Positions 8,002 to 17,126 are shown, counted from the first letter of the stretch. The stretch is DNA of 64,000 nucleotides from Chloroflexota bacterium (GCA_018829775.1 JAHJTL010000008.1:13967-77966); one strand, 5' to 3'. Notes: a model not told the origin generated them from the sequence alone. Numbers and translations are program-made.

Positions 8002-8157
8002 AATGGCAGCAAAGGCTACTTTAATTGAGGAAGGTCCAAATTGACCTCCATTGCTCATCTGCTCCACTCAATCAAAAAAGAGGTTTCGCCTTTTGATTGT
8101 CTTGCTCTATATCTGACTTACTTTACCAACTCCTTCATAAACGTCCGCCAGAGCCCT

Positions 8158-8862
8158 TTACCTATTTTCCCCCATTGTCTCAAGATTCGGTCGGTGACGA
8201 AGCCCCCACTCCTTGAAACACTGAAGCACTTCCTCATCGCCGGGGTCATGCCAGTAGCGGTAGAAATCGGAGACGTAGAATTCCGGGTCAAATCCAGACA
8301 CACAGGCCACCACCCTGTTGGCCACCTTCTCCACCTTGGGCAGTGCTGCGGCTGAGGCCACCGGCACGGCGACGATTATCTCGTTGGGCTGGCGGTACCG
8401 CACCGATTCCACGGCGGCCATCATGGTATAACCGGAAGCGAGCCCGTCATCAACGATGAGGACCGTTTTGCCCTTGACCAGTGAGGGAGGCTTTTTACCA
8501 TGATAAAGCAGACTACGCTGGCGAATGTTAGTTCTTACCCGGCTCACCTGATAGTTGATCTGTTGCTGGCTTAGATTAAATCGTTTTGCGATTTCCTCGT
8601 TGAGTATGGTGGTGCCATCGTCGGTCACGGCGCCAAAACCGCCCTCGGGGCTGAGCGGAAGGGGGATTTTGCGCGAGATGATGACATTAAAATCGGCATT
8701 GAGCGCCAGCGCCACCCCCAGCCCGACCAGCACCCCGCCATTGGGGATCGCCAGCACCACCGCAGACCGGTTCTTGTACTCGGTAAGTCTGGTCGCCAGT
8801 TGCCGGCCGGCATCGTAGCGGTTCTCAAAAATCGGTTCCTGTCTGGTAAAACGCATGCTCAT
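8158..8862 (-). CDS. type I phosphoribosyltransferase family protein, substrate unknown
   Basis: PRPP-binding loop VLIVDDGLASGYTM. 16 nt downstream of ade. Confidence 0.75.
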   Translation of the reverse strand: MSMRFTRQEPIFENRYDAGRQLATRLTEYKNRSAVVLAIPNGGVLVGLGVALALNADFNVIISRKIPLPLSPEGGFGAVTDDGTTILNEEIAKRFNLSQQQINYQVSRVRTNIRQRSLLYHGKKPPSLVKGKTVLIVDDGLASGYTMMAAVESVRYRQPNEIIVAVPVASAAALPKVEKVANRVVACVSGFDPEFYVSDFYRYWHDPGDEEVLQCFKEWGLRHRPNLETMGENR

Positions 8863-8878
8863 TATCTCAGTCTTGAAT

Positions 8879-10585
8879 TCAACTGATTAACTTGAATTCA
8901 GTAACATCCACCAGTCCCAGGTCGGTGAGCTTGAGTTCGGGAATCACGGGCAGGGCAAGGAAGGAAAGAGTGGCAAAGGGGGAAGGGAGTCTGGCGCCAA
9001 GCTCCCTGGCTATCTGCTCCAGCTTTCCCTGTTGGGTGACCACGGTTTCCAGAGATTCAGCGGAGAGCAGTCCGGCGATGGGCAGCCCCAGGCTGGCCAG
9101 CACCTTTCCATCCGCCACTGCAACCAAGCCGCCCTGCAGGCGCTCGACCTCCCGAATCGCCGCCAGTATATCTTCATCGCTCGTCCCGACGGCAACGATG
9201 TTATGCGAATCATGGGCCACGGAGGAAGCAAGCGCTCCTTTCTTCAGCCCGAAGCCGGTCACCATTCCTTTTCCTATGTTGCCGGTTGCCTGGTGCCTCT
9301 CCACAACCACCAGTTTCAGGATGTCCCTTTCCGTATCAGGAATAACCTGACCATCGACTATTTTCACCTTCATATAGCGTTTGCGGGTAACAATCTGTCC
9401 CGGTACGACCTCAATAACGGGCAACTCGTCTGCTGGAGCAGGTAACCTCAATTTCTCCGGGGTAACCGGTTTGATGTTTACCCTTCCGGTTACCGCGTGT
9501 TTATCTGCCATCGGCAGTGAGAATAGTGGCTTTCCCTCTCTGGCGACCAGGCAGCCGCGGTAGAAGACCATGTTCACTCGCAGGTTATTCAGGTCATCCA
9601 GCACCAACACATTGGCGAAGTAGCCGGGAGCTATTGCTCCCAGACCATCAAGGCGAAAATACGCCGCGGTATTGATGGTGGCCAGCTGGATGGCCCGCAC
9701 CGGGTCAAGGCCGAGACGAATTGCCTTGCGCACCACGGCATCGATATCTCCATCGTGGAGCAAGTCGTAAGCGCTGCGGTCATCAACGACGAAGAGGCAT
9801 CTTTTATAGGTCTTGTCGGTGACCAGCGGCAGCAGGGTCTCCAGGTTCTTTTCCGAAGAGCCCTCCCGTATCATAACGAACATGCCCTTTTCCAGCTTTT
9901 CCCTGGCCTCTTCAAGGGTTACTGATTCATGGTCGGAGCCTATACCGGCGGCGATATAGGCGCTGAGGTCTTTTCCCCTGACCCCGGGTGCATGCCCATC
10001 AATAATCTTGCCCTGGCTCAGGGCAATCTTGCGCAGCATATTGCTATCACCGTGAATGACCCCGGGGAAGTTCATTACCTCACCCAGCCCGATGGTCTCC
10101 CGCCAGCGCAGTATCTGGCGAATTTCCTCGGGGCTGATGCTGGCGCCCGATGTCTCAAGATGGGTCGCCGGAACGCAGGACGGCGCCATCAGGAACAGGT
10201 CAAGAGGCAGCCTGTGAGCGCAGTCAAGTACATAGCGCATCCCTTCCAGGCCGCAGACATTGGCGATTTCATGGAGGTCGGTGACGATGGCCGAAGTGCC
10301 CCGTGGTATAACTGCCTGCGCATACTGGCCAATATCAAGCATCGAGCTTTCCAGGTGAACGTGCCCATCGATAAAGCCCGGGGCAAGGTACTTGCCGGAG
10401 ACGTCTACAGTCTGCTTTGCCTCACTGTAGTCCCCCACACCGGCAATGCGGTCGCCGCAGATGGCGACGTTTCCTGATGTTATTTCCCCGGTAAATGTGT
10501 TTACCACCCTGGCATTGGCGAGGATGAGGTCGGCTGGCTGGTCTCCTCTGGCCACCGCGATTAACCTGGCTTGCCTGGATACCAT
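8879..10585 (-). CDS. ade: adenine deaminase
   Basis: 568 aa. GFIDGHVHLESSM metal-binding motif. TAATG overlap with the hpt stop. Confidence 0.88.
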   Translation of the reverse strand: MVSRQARLIAVARGDQPADLILANARVVNTFTGEITSGNVAICGDRIAGVGDYSEAKQTVDVSGKYLAPGFIDGHVHLESSMLDIGQYAQAVIPRGTSAIVTDLHEIANVCGLEGMRYVLDCAHRLPLDLFLMAPSCVPATHLETSGASISPEEIRQILRWRETIGLGEVMNFPGVIHGDSNMLRKIALSQGKIIDGHAPGVRGKDLSAYIAAGIGSDHESVTLEEAREKLEKGMFVMIREGSSEKNLETLLPLVTDKTYKRCLFVVDDRSAYDLLHDGDIDAVVRKAIRLGLDPVRAIQLATINTAAYFRLDGLGAIAPGYFANVLVLDDLNNLRVNMVFYRGCLVAREGKPLFSLPMADKHAVTGRVNIKPVTPEKLRLPAPADELPVIEVVPGQIVTRKRYMKVKIVDGQVIPDTERDILKLVVVERHQATGNIGKGMVTGFGLKKGALASSVAHDSHNIVAVGTSDEDILAAIREVERLQGGLVAVADGKVLASLGLPIAGLLSAESLETVVTQQGKLEQIARELGARLPSPFATLSFLALPVIPELKLTDLGLVDVTEFKLIS

Positions 10586-11118
10586 TATGATTTGTCCTCC
10601 AGGTAGCAGATATCGGGCAGGTTGCGGAATTGCTGGTTCGCGTCCAGTCCATAACCGACGAGGAACTTGTTGGGCACGGTAAAACCGAGGTAGTCAATGT
10701 TCACGGGAACCTTCCGCCGTGATGGCTTGTCGGAAAGAGCGCAGATTTTCACCGAGGCTGGCTTTTGTTTCTGCAGGTAATCAAGGAGGAAAGTGGTGGT
10801 GAGCCCGGAATCCACAATGTCCTCCACGACCAGCACATGCCTGTCCCGTACCGGAGTCTCCAGCTTTTTCACCACTTTGATTTTGCCTGAGGTCTGCGTG
10901 CCGCTGCCGTAGCTGGATAGACCGATGAAATCCACCTCAAGTGGAAAATCGAGATGCCGGATAAGGTCGGCTAAAAATACAAACGAACCTCTGAGGATGC
11001 CCAGCAGAAGGGGGTTCTTGTGGCGGTAATCTTGGCTTATTTCGGAAGCGAGGCGCCTGACAGTGGCCTCAATCTCCTGACGGTGGAAAAGGACGCGGAG
11101 CTCTGCTTTGGAATTCAT
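10585..11118 (-). CDS. hpt: hypoxanthine phosphoribosyltransferase
   Basis: VLVVEDIVDSGLTT PRPP motif. Length and N-terminus are typical of Hpt. Confidence 0.9.
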   Translation of the reverse strand: MNSKAELRVLFHRQEIEATVRRLASEISQDYRHKNPLLLGILRGSFVFLADLIRHLDFPLEVDFIGLSSYGSGTQTSGKIKVVKKLETPVRDRHVLVVEDIVDSGLTTTFLLDYLQKQKPASVKICALSDKPSRRKVPVNIDYLGFTVPNKFLVGYGLDANQQFRNLPDICYLEDKS

Positions 11119-11129
11119 ATCTAGTTGAG

Positions 11130-11158
11130 ATTATAAACCTAACCTGTTTACCTGTCCA
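11130..11158 (-). promoter_or_regulatory. promoter TGGACA-17-TATAAT only 11 nt upstream of the hpt ATG (leaderless or very short leader)
   Basis: The minus strand reads GGTGGACAGGTAAACAGGTTAGGTTTATAATCTCAACTAGAT-ATG. No SD is present. Confidence 0.5.
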
Positions 11159-11325
11159 CCGTGAATCCATAGGCCTGGTTAGGCGCTCATTTGACATTTG
11201 GCGAAATTCAGTTCAAATTAAGACTTCAGTCGGTCAATACTGAAGACGCTATTCTCAATATCGCGTTTTAATCGTTATGGATGGAATACCTGTAGCTGCC
11301 TATTGATGATTAAATAGGGGCCGAG

Positions 11326-11412
11326 CTATGCCAACTCTAGCGCCTGCCTCTCATAACGAAGAACAGGATAATCAGAATAACAATGACGGCAATTCCAACC
11401 CAAGTCAACATT
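11326..11412 (-). CDS. candidate 28-aa hydrophobic microprotein MLTWVGIAVIVILIILFFVMRGRRLELA
   Basis: ATG lies 8 nt after a strong AAAGGAGGAG SD. One TM helix plus a basic tail. Below the ORF-track size cutoff. Confidence 0.4.
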   Translation of the reverse strand, partial: NVDLGWNCRHCYSDYPVLRYERQALELA

Positions 11413-11460
11413 GATAATTCTCCTCCTTTTAGCTAGGAATTAAGAAATCCAACCATATTA

Positions 11461-12336
11461 CTATACCAGACTGCAATCTTTCAGAATAATATTCCTTTCA
11501 TAGCCAACGTATGTGCCCTGTACGGTGGCTGTTTGGCCATCGGTCAGGCGCGATAAATATGTACCGTGCTCGCGGCTGAAAGTACAGCGCACCTGCCGGG
11601 TTACCCGTCCTCCGGCACCACCCAGAAGAATGTAAAAAATATCCAGGTGGTCTTTGGCGAATATTTTATCCACGGTTCCGGTTACTTGCAGTATCTTGTT
11701 CAATAATTTGTTATTCGTGCCTGTCTTATCCGAATTGAAGGCTGCGTTCAGTTCTTCAACGGTTGTGATTATGGTACCGGTAGATGCATCGGGTTCCAAG
11801 GCTGTGGCAGCTACCGGTTCCGTTGCAGGTGCTGGCTCTACTTCAGGCTCGATTTCGGTAACTGGCTCCGGTGCTGGTTCCGCCTCGGAATCGGGTGCAG
11901 GTGCTGGTTCAGTTTCAGCTTCAACTTCGGCCACAGCTACCGGTTCCGCTTCGGCTATTGATTTCTCTTCCGCAACGGGTTCACCCTCCAGTTCGGGCGA
12001 TGGTTCAATCTCGCTCTCTGCTTTAGCTTCGGCTTCAACCTCAGCTAACGGTTCAGGGGGCGCTGGTGTCTCAGGCTCTATTTCTGGCTCCGGTTCCGGC
12101 ACAGGTGGTGCTGGTTCTGCTTCAACTTCAGCAACCGGTGCGGGCTCCGGCTCATCTTCCAGGACTGGCCTCGGTTTATATCCTCTCTCTTCCTGTATCT
12201 GCCGGTATGTCTTGGGTACCGTCTTGAAAGCGCCGGAGAGCAGCGGGTGACCGCACCACTGGCAAGCCCAGTCTTCTGTTCTAAGTGTCTCCCGACCACA
12301 ATTAGGACAATTTGGCATATGAGCCCTCTTTCCCAC
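11461..12336 (-). CDS. zinc-ribbon protein with long Pro/Glu/Ala low-complexity linker and C-terminal OB-fold-like domain
   Basis: CPNCG...CQWCG at the N-terminus, ~130 aa of (E/P/A/V) repeats, then a globular C-terminus. TG-extended -10 (TGGTATAAT) upstream. Confidence 0.7.
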   Translation of the reverse strand: MGKRAHMPNCPNCGRETLRTEDWACQWCGHPLLSGAFKTVPKTYRQIQEERGYKPRPVLEDEPEPAPVAEVEAEPAPPVPEPEPEIEPETPAPPEPLAEVEAEAKAESEIEPSPELEGEPVAEEKSIAEAEPVAVAEVEAETEPAPAPDSEAEPAPEPVTEIEPEVEPAPATEPVAATALEPDASTGTIITTVEELNAAFNSDKTGTNNKLLNKILQVTGTVDKIFAKDHLDIFYILLGGAGGRVTRQVRCTFSREHGTYLSRLTDGQTATVQGTYVGYERNIILKDCSLV

Positions 12337-12446
12337 AGATTATACCATATTATATTCGAATGTGAACTAGCGGTACGCCCTTGACTTTTGGCATATAGCT
12401 GTGGTTTGGCCCTGTCTGCAAATTTGTAATATTTTTGGAACACGGC

Positions 12447-13571
12447 TCAGGGCGCAATGACTACTTTGCCGGCATCCCTGGCGCCGACAACCTCAAGTGC
12501 TTTAGGTAACTCTTCCAGTGGAAAGGTGTGCGTTACCGCTTCCTCAACCGGCAGTGAGGTTCTTTCCAGCATGGAGATAGCATCTTTGAATATCAATGCT
12601 GGATAACCCCAAGACCCGTGAATATCCAGGTCCTTATGGCAAATATAGAACGGTATGATTTCGGTTGGTCCGTTGTTGGTGAAGTTACCGACCTCAATGA
12701 GTTTGCCTCCGCGACGGGCAAAATCGAGCGCCTCTTTAAATGCGTGGGGACTACCAGCCGCCTCAATTACAACGTCAGGCCCAACTCCTTCGGTAGCTTC
12801 TTTCACCTTTTCCAAGCGCTCTTCGACCGGTAACCTGCCATCAATGAGCATATCGGCACCGAGCATACTCGCCTTATCCAGCCTTTCAGATAACAGGTCC
12901 TGCACGATAATCAGACCAGCCCCACTGTAGCGCAGAGACGCAACTACCATCAGGCCTATTGGACCAGCACCCAGCACCATAGCACTACGCCCAACGCCAT
13001 ATCCATGACCCATGAATGGTTCTCCGGGGCTGTAAGCACGTTCTACCGCTCTGATTGCAGTACTAAGCGGTTCAATGAGGATTGCCCGCTTCAAAGACAT
13101 GCCCTCTGGTATTTTAAATACGTTGGAGCCAGGAAGGACATAAATATATTCGGCATAGCCTCCCCACAAACTTGGCTCCTTTCTGACCGGGGTAAATCCG
13201 TACACTACATTTCGGTTGGGACAAAATGCGGGGCGATGTGGCATATTTCGGCAATAATAACAGCGGCCACACACCTTACCGCTGGGAGCTAATGCCACTC
13301 TATCTCCAATCTTCAAAGGCCCATTATATATGTTCATGCTTTCATCGGCCTTACCGCCTAATTTCTCGACGGTTCCGATAATTTCATGCCCGGCTATAAA
13401 GGGAAAAGGGGCTTTCGGCGCATGCCCGAGGTAAATATGCTTGTCGGTGCCGCAGATACCGCAGGCCTCGACCTTCAGCAGGGCACAGTCCTCGGCCACC
13501 GCAGGTATCTCGAACTCCTCCGTTTCCATTTTCTCTGGTGCAAGGAAAACCCAGGCGTGACTTTTGGTCAT
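12447..13571 (-). CDS. zinc-dependent alcohol dehydrogenase (MDR) family oxidoreductase
   Basis: CGICGTDKH and GHEIIG zinc motifs, GAGPIG Rossmann. ATG 13571 follows AGGAGG. The track start at 13637 is an extension. Confidence 0.85.
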   Translation of the reverse strand: MTKSHAWVFLAPEKMETEEFEIPAVAEDCALLKVEACGICGTDKHIYLGHAPKAPFPFIAGHEIIGTVEKLGGKADESMNIYNGPLKIGDRVALAPSGKVCGRCYYCRNMPHRPAFCPNRNVVYGFTPVRKEPSLWGGYAEYIYVLPGSNVFKIPEGMSLKRAILIEPLSTAIRAVERAYSPGEPFMGHGYGVGRSAMVLGAGPIGLMVVASLRYSGAGLIIVQDLLSERLDKASMLGADMLIDGRLPVEERLEKVKEATEGVGPDVVIEAAGSPHAFKEALDFARRGGKLIEVGNFTNNGPTEIIPFYICHKDLDIHGSWGYPALIFKDAISMLERTSLPVEEAVTHTFPLEELPKALEVVGARDAGKVVIAP

Positions 13572-13694
13572 TGTCTGATACCTCCTGTTAAATGATAAGC
13601 AGACGGATAATTCAGTTCCGAAGAGACATAATACCACTGTTAACCCTGCGTTGCAAAAAATTATTAAAAAGACCGAAAAATGAGGCCGTAGGTA

Positions 13695-13742
13695 TTGACA
13701 AAAGGTGGGAAAAATGTTAGAAATATATAACGTTAGAAATAT
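13695..13742 (+). promoter_or_regulatory. candidate promoter (TTGACA 13695-13700, TAGAAA 13718-13723) with two direct GTTAGAAATAT repeats (13716, 13732)
   Basis: Exact 11-mers 16 bp apart. The first overlaps the -10. Located upstream of the membrane-protein/XRE pair. Confidence 0.45.
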
Positions 13743-13761
13743 TTAACTATGGAGCGGTTGG

Positions 13762-14385
13762 ATGAGAACAAAGAAAGTATTCTGGGCAGTTGCTATAACG
13801 GCACTTGTCGTGGCCATTATTCTCATCTCACTGGAAGCGTACTATGTCGTGGTGGCGTTTCTGGTTGGGCTTTTGCTCATGGGTCACCGCGAACTGTGGT
13901 CATTACTCAGGCGACGGAAAATGCCGCCGATTGACGAACGGGTAAGGGAAAATACCGGCAAATCAGTGCGCAATGGTTTTATCTTTTTCGTTATTGCCAC
14001 CGCATTCCTGATGTTGCCCTTCAGTGTCAGGCTGGTGGAAGAACCGACTACGGTGCAGGTTCTGGGAGGCTTGTTTATCGCTGCCGGAGCCGTGTATTTG
14101 CTCTCCTATCTTTACTATGACCGGGTAGAACCAGGGCTGGATAATAAGAGTTTGAAATTATTGAAAACTTTTTTATTGCTCGCGGGAATATCGCTCGGGG
14201 CGTTAATCATCAGTATTTTCCTGCACAATGCCATTTCCGCGCTGGCTATGCACCTCTTTGACACCGAATTCGAGGAACCGGTCTTCTTTATCATTGCCAC
14301 TATCGTATGCCCGCTGGGTCTTGCGGTGGGAATTATCGGCAGTCTGGTGATATACCTCAAGGGCCTGTTCCGCAGGGCTCTTTGA
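13762..14385 (+). CDS. multi-pass membrane protein (DUF2178-like partner of a small XRE regulator)
   Basis: About 5 hydrophobic helices. 6 nt upstream of the XRE gene. Confidence 0.7.
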   Translation: MRTKKVFWAVAITALVVAIILISLEAYYVVVAFLVGLLLMGHRELWSLLRRRKMPPIDERVRENTGKSVRNGFIFFVIATAFLMLPFSVRLVEEPTTVQVLGGLFIAAGAVYLLSYLYYDRVEPGLDNKSLKLLKTFLLLAGISLGALIISIFLHNAISALAMHLFDTEFEEPVFFIIATIVCPLGLAVGIIGSLVIYLKGLFRRAL

Positions 14386-14391
14386 ATAAGT

Positions 14392-14604
14392 ATGAAAACC
14401 AGGATTAAAGAATACCGGACAAGACTTAATTTGACCCAGGAGAGACTGGCCGAAATGGTCGGTGTCCGGCGCGAGACCATAATATTTCTGGAGCAGGGCC
14501 GGTACAATCCGTCGCTGCGACTGGCGCACAACGTAGCCCGGGCGCTACAGACCACGATTGAGGAATTGTTTATCTTCGAAGGTAACGAGCGTGCCGACGA
14601 TTAG
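14392..14604 (+). CDS. XRE-family helix-turn-helix transcriptional regulator
   Basis: [35 protein letters not shown] is a canonical HTH_3 sequence. Confidence 0.88.
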   Translation: MKTRIKEYRTRLNLTQERLAEMVGVRRETIIFLEQGRYNPSLRLAHNVARALQTTIEELFIFEGNERADD

Positions 14605-14703
14605 CGTATATTACTTTTATTGACGACCCAGAATATTCCCTATTGACAGCACCATCATCTTGTTATACTCTTATGCACAAGACAAACGTGAAGGAGGACA
14701 GCA

Positions 14704-15042
14704 ATGGAGAAATCATCTACCGGTCTGGATGAAAACGTTGCCGGATTACTATGCTACGTACTGGGCTGGATAAGCGGGCTGGTCTTTATCCTCATCGAGC
14801 AGGAAAGCAAGTTCGTCCGCTACCATGCTATGCAGTCGATTTACATTTTTGGAACCATCACCGTAGTGGCAATTGTCATTGGCTGGATACCCGTTATTGG
14901 CAATGTGATTGCAGGCCTGCTCGGGCTGCTTGGATTTATCCTGTGGATATTCCTCATGATACGGGCCTACCAGGGAGCCAAGCCCAAGGTGCTCTGGGCG
15001 GGTGACCTGGCGGAGAAGTGGGTGCAGAAAAAGGGCGACTAA
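14704..15042 (+). CDS. small membrane protein (DUF4870-like)
   Basis: LLCYVLGWISGLVFILIEQESKFVRYHAMQS pattern with 3 TM segments. Confidence 0.65.
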   Translation: MEKSSTGLDENVAGLLCYVLGWISGLVFILIEQESKFVRYHAMQSIYIFGTITVVAIVIGWIPVIGNVIAGLLGLLGFILWIFLMIRAYQGAKPKVLWAGDLAEKWVQKKGD

Positions 15043-15066
15043 GCCACGGGCTTGTCTGGAAAAATA

Positions 15067-15100
15067 AAGAAGGGAAGGGCCTTTCCCCTCCCTTCTTTTT
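15067..15100. terminator. bidirectional intrinsic terminator between convergent genes
   Basis: GAAGGGAAGGG...CCCCTCCCTTC stem flanked by T-runs on both strands. Confidence 0.65.
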
Positions 15101-15125
15101 ATTCATTATTTTAAATTCAAAATGC

Positions 15126-15629
15126 TCAATCCACCTGTTTGAACCGGCTCTGTGGTGCCCCGCATATCGGGCACTTGTCCGGGGCCGCGCCTTCAACTGT
15201 GTAGCCGCAGACCTGGCAGACGAAAAAGGGCCTGCCTTCCAGTTGCTGGCCGCCTTTGACCGCCTGCAATGCCTTTTCGTACAACGCGTGGTGGATTTTC
15301 TCCACCTTGTTGGCAAAGTCGAAGGTTACTTCTGCCCTTTTCACACCTTCGGATTTGGCCTGCTCGATGAATTCCGGGTACATCTTGGTGAATTCATAGT
15401 GCTCGCCGCCGATGGCTTCCCCTAGATTTTCCTCGGTGGATTTAATGTTGCCCATGGTGCTCAGGTGGTTGCGGGCGTGTACCGTCTCCGCTTCGGCGAT
15501 GGCCCGGAATAACCGCGCGACCTGCGGATGCCCGTCCTTCTCCGCCTTCTCGGCAAAGAACAGATAACGTCGGTTGGCCTGGCTTTCACCGGCAAAAGCG
15601 GCCTGCAAGTTTTCCTGAGTATTGCCCAT
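15126..15629 (-). CDS. rbr: rubrerythrin
   Basis: Ferritin-like diiron E...EXXH repeats plus C-terminal rubredoxin CQVCG...CPICG. ATG 15629 follows GAGGAGG. The track start at 15677 is probably too long. Confidence 0.88.
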   Translation of the reverse strand: MGNTQENLQAAFAGESQANRRYLFFAEKAEKDGHPQVARLFRAIAEAETVHARNHLSTMGNIKSTEENLGEAIGGEHYEFTKMYPEFIEQAKSEGVKRAEVTFDFANKVEKIHHALYEKALQAVKGGQQLEGRPFFVCQVCGYTVEGAAPDKCPICGAPQSRFKQVD

Positions 15630-15744
15630 ATGCGTAGCCTCCTCGTCCTCTTTCATTCGTTGTATATTTCTAGCCAATAATTATATCATTTCATTTTGCG
15701 GCTGTCTTGCTCTCGGGCTTCTCCGAAGCCCCCATAATTTTCTG

Positions 15745-15921
15745 TCACATATCCGCCGGACTGCAGCCTTCCCCGCCCATCATGGCCATCATGTTGCGCA
15801 TCATCCCTGCCATCATTTTGGGTATAGCCCGTGAAGCCAGTGCTACCAGAATCCCGCCGCTAATGGCGCCGACAGTCGTCACAACCATGTATTTCCTGAG
15901 ATTACAGCCTCCGTTAGACAT
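15745..15921 (-). CDS. 58-aa Met-rich small membrane protein
   Basis: ATG lies 7 nt after GGAGGA. Sequence is MSNGGCNLRKYMVVTTVGAISGGILVALASRAIPKMMAGMMRNMMAMMGGEGCSPADM. Confidence 0.5.
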   Translation of the reverse strand: MSNGGCNLRKYMVVTTVGAISGGILVALASRAIPKMMAGMMRNMMAMMGGEGCSPADM

Positions 15922-16082
15922 CGCTACATCCTCCGTTACCAAATCAATTAGTGCGTAATGATTGGATAATAATCTGCCCTGGTAATATTGTCAATATCTA
16001 TATCTGTTTTCCAGCTTGACAAGTGTTAAACAGCTTGGGTAAAGTGTCCTTTATTGAGTGTATTTAAGAAAGGAGAAGGATT

Positions 16083-16421
16083 ATGGCATCCAAAGTCTTC
16101 GCACTGGTGAGCAGCGCGGATAGGGAGGTGGCGCTGGAGGTGGGGCTGGTCTACCCGTTGAATGTGGCCAAAAAGGGCTGGATGGACGAGGTGAAGGTCA
16201 TCTTCTTCGGCCCTTCGGAGAAGGTGGCGGCCAATGACGTGGAGGTGCAGGGAAGGATAAAGGAGCTGATGGAGGCCGGCGTAGAAGTGCTGGCATGCAA
16301 GTGGTGTGCCGACCGCATGGGCATTACCGAGAAACTGGAAGCCGTTGGCATCAAGGTGGTCTATGTTGGGTCGGTAATTTCGGACCTTCTGAAAGAAGGC
16401 TGGGCATCATTGACCTTTTAA
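16083..16421 (+). CDS. DsrE/DsrF-like family protein
   Basis: 112 aa. AGGAGAAGG SD. Overall DsrE-fold pattern with a conserved Cys (ACKWCADRMG). Confidence 0.6.
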   Translation: MASKVFALVSSADREVALEVGLVYPLNVAKKGWMDEVKVIFFGPSEKVAANDVEVQGRIKELMEAGVEVLACKWCADRMGITEKLEAVGIKVVYVGSVISDLLKEGWASLTF

Positions 16422-16451
16422 TTTTAAATTATTTTATTGGAGGTATTATCA

Positions 16452-17114
16452 ATGGAACTCTTGGAAGGAATAAAAACAAGGCAGAGCACCCGCGGTTTCA
16501 AGCCCACCCCCGTCCCTAAGGACGTGATAAACAAGATTCTGGAGGCGGTGAGCAACACCCCCTCCTACACCAATACCCAGCCCTGGGAGGTGGTTGTGGT
16601 GAGCGGGAAAAAGAAGGATGAACTGAGCAAAATTATCTTTGAGCTGGCGAAGGCAAAGGCGCCGACCAATCCCGACCTGCCCATGCCCAAGAGCTGGCTG
16701 CCAGAATACGAAGCACGCTCCGGTGAGCACGGTGCACGACGGCTGGCCACGCTGGGCATCGAAAGAGGGGATGAGGAGGGGAGAGAGAAGTTGCGCCTGA
16801 TGAACTTCGAGTTCTACGGCGCGCCCTGTGCCGCCTTTCTCTTTATAGATGGGTCGCTGGGAGAATGGTCCATCTTTGATATGGGGCTGTTCGCCCAGAA
16901 CCTGATACTGGCGGCGCACTCGCTGGGCGTGGAGAGCGTCCTGCAGGCCTCGGTGACCAACTACGCGCCGGAGATTAAAAAATTCCTGGGCATACCGGAT
17001 AGTAAAAAGCTGATAATATGCATCCCGCTGGGCTACCTGGACGAGGAGGCCAAACTGAACGCCTACCGCAGCCTAAAACAGAAACCGGAAGAATTTACCA
17101 AGTGGTGTGAATAG
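16452..17114 (+). CDS. nitroreductase family protein
   Basis: MELLEGIKTRQSTRGF N-terminus. ATG 16452 lies 8 nt after GGAGG. Confidence 0.85.
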   Translation: MELLEGIKTRQSTRGFKPTPVPKDVINKILEAVSNTPSYTNTQPWEVVVVSGKKKDELSKIIFELAKAKAPTNPDLPMPKSWLPEYEARSGEHGARRLATLGIERGDEEGREKLRLMNFEFYGAPCAAFLFIDGSLGEWSIFDMGLFAQNLILAAHSLGVESVLQASVTNYAPEIKKFLGIPDSKKLIICIPLGYLDEEAKLNAYRSLKQKPEEFTKWCE

Positions 17115-17126
17115 GGAGATATGAAA

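Noticed and set aside
7330-8157. Possible integrated mobile element (Xis-like HTH, repeats, AT-richer sequence)
   Set aside because: No integrase/recombinase, flanking direct repeats or tRNA target was seen. I kept the repeats and HTH as findings, but I do not call a mobile element.
8041-8355. 104-aa plus-strand ORF
   Set aside because: It overlaps the 3' part of the PRTase gene in antisense and extends into the intergenic region. No SD or motif.
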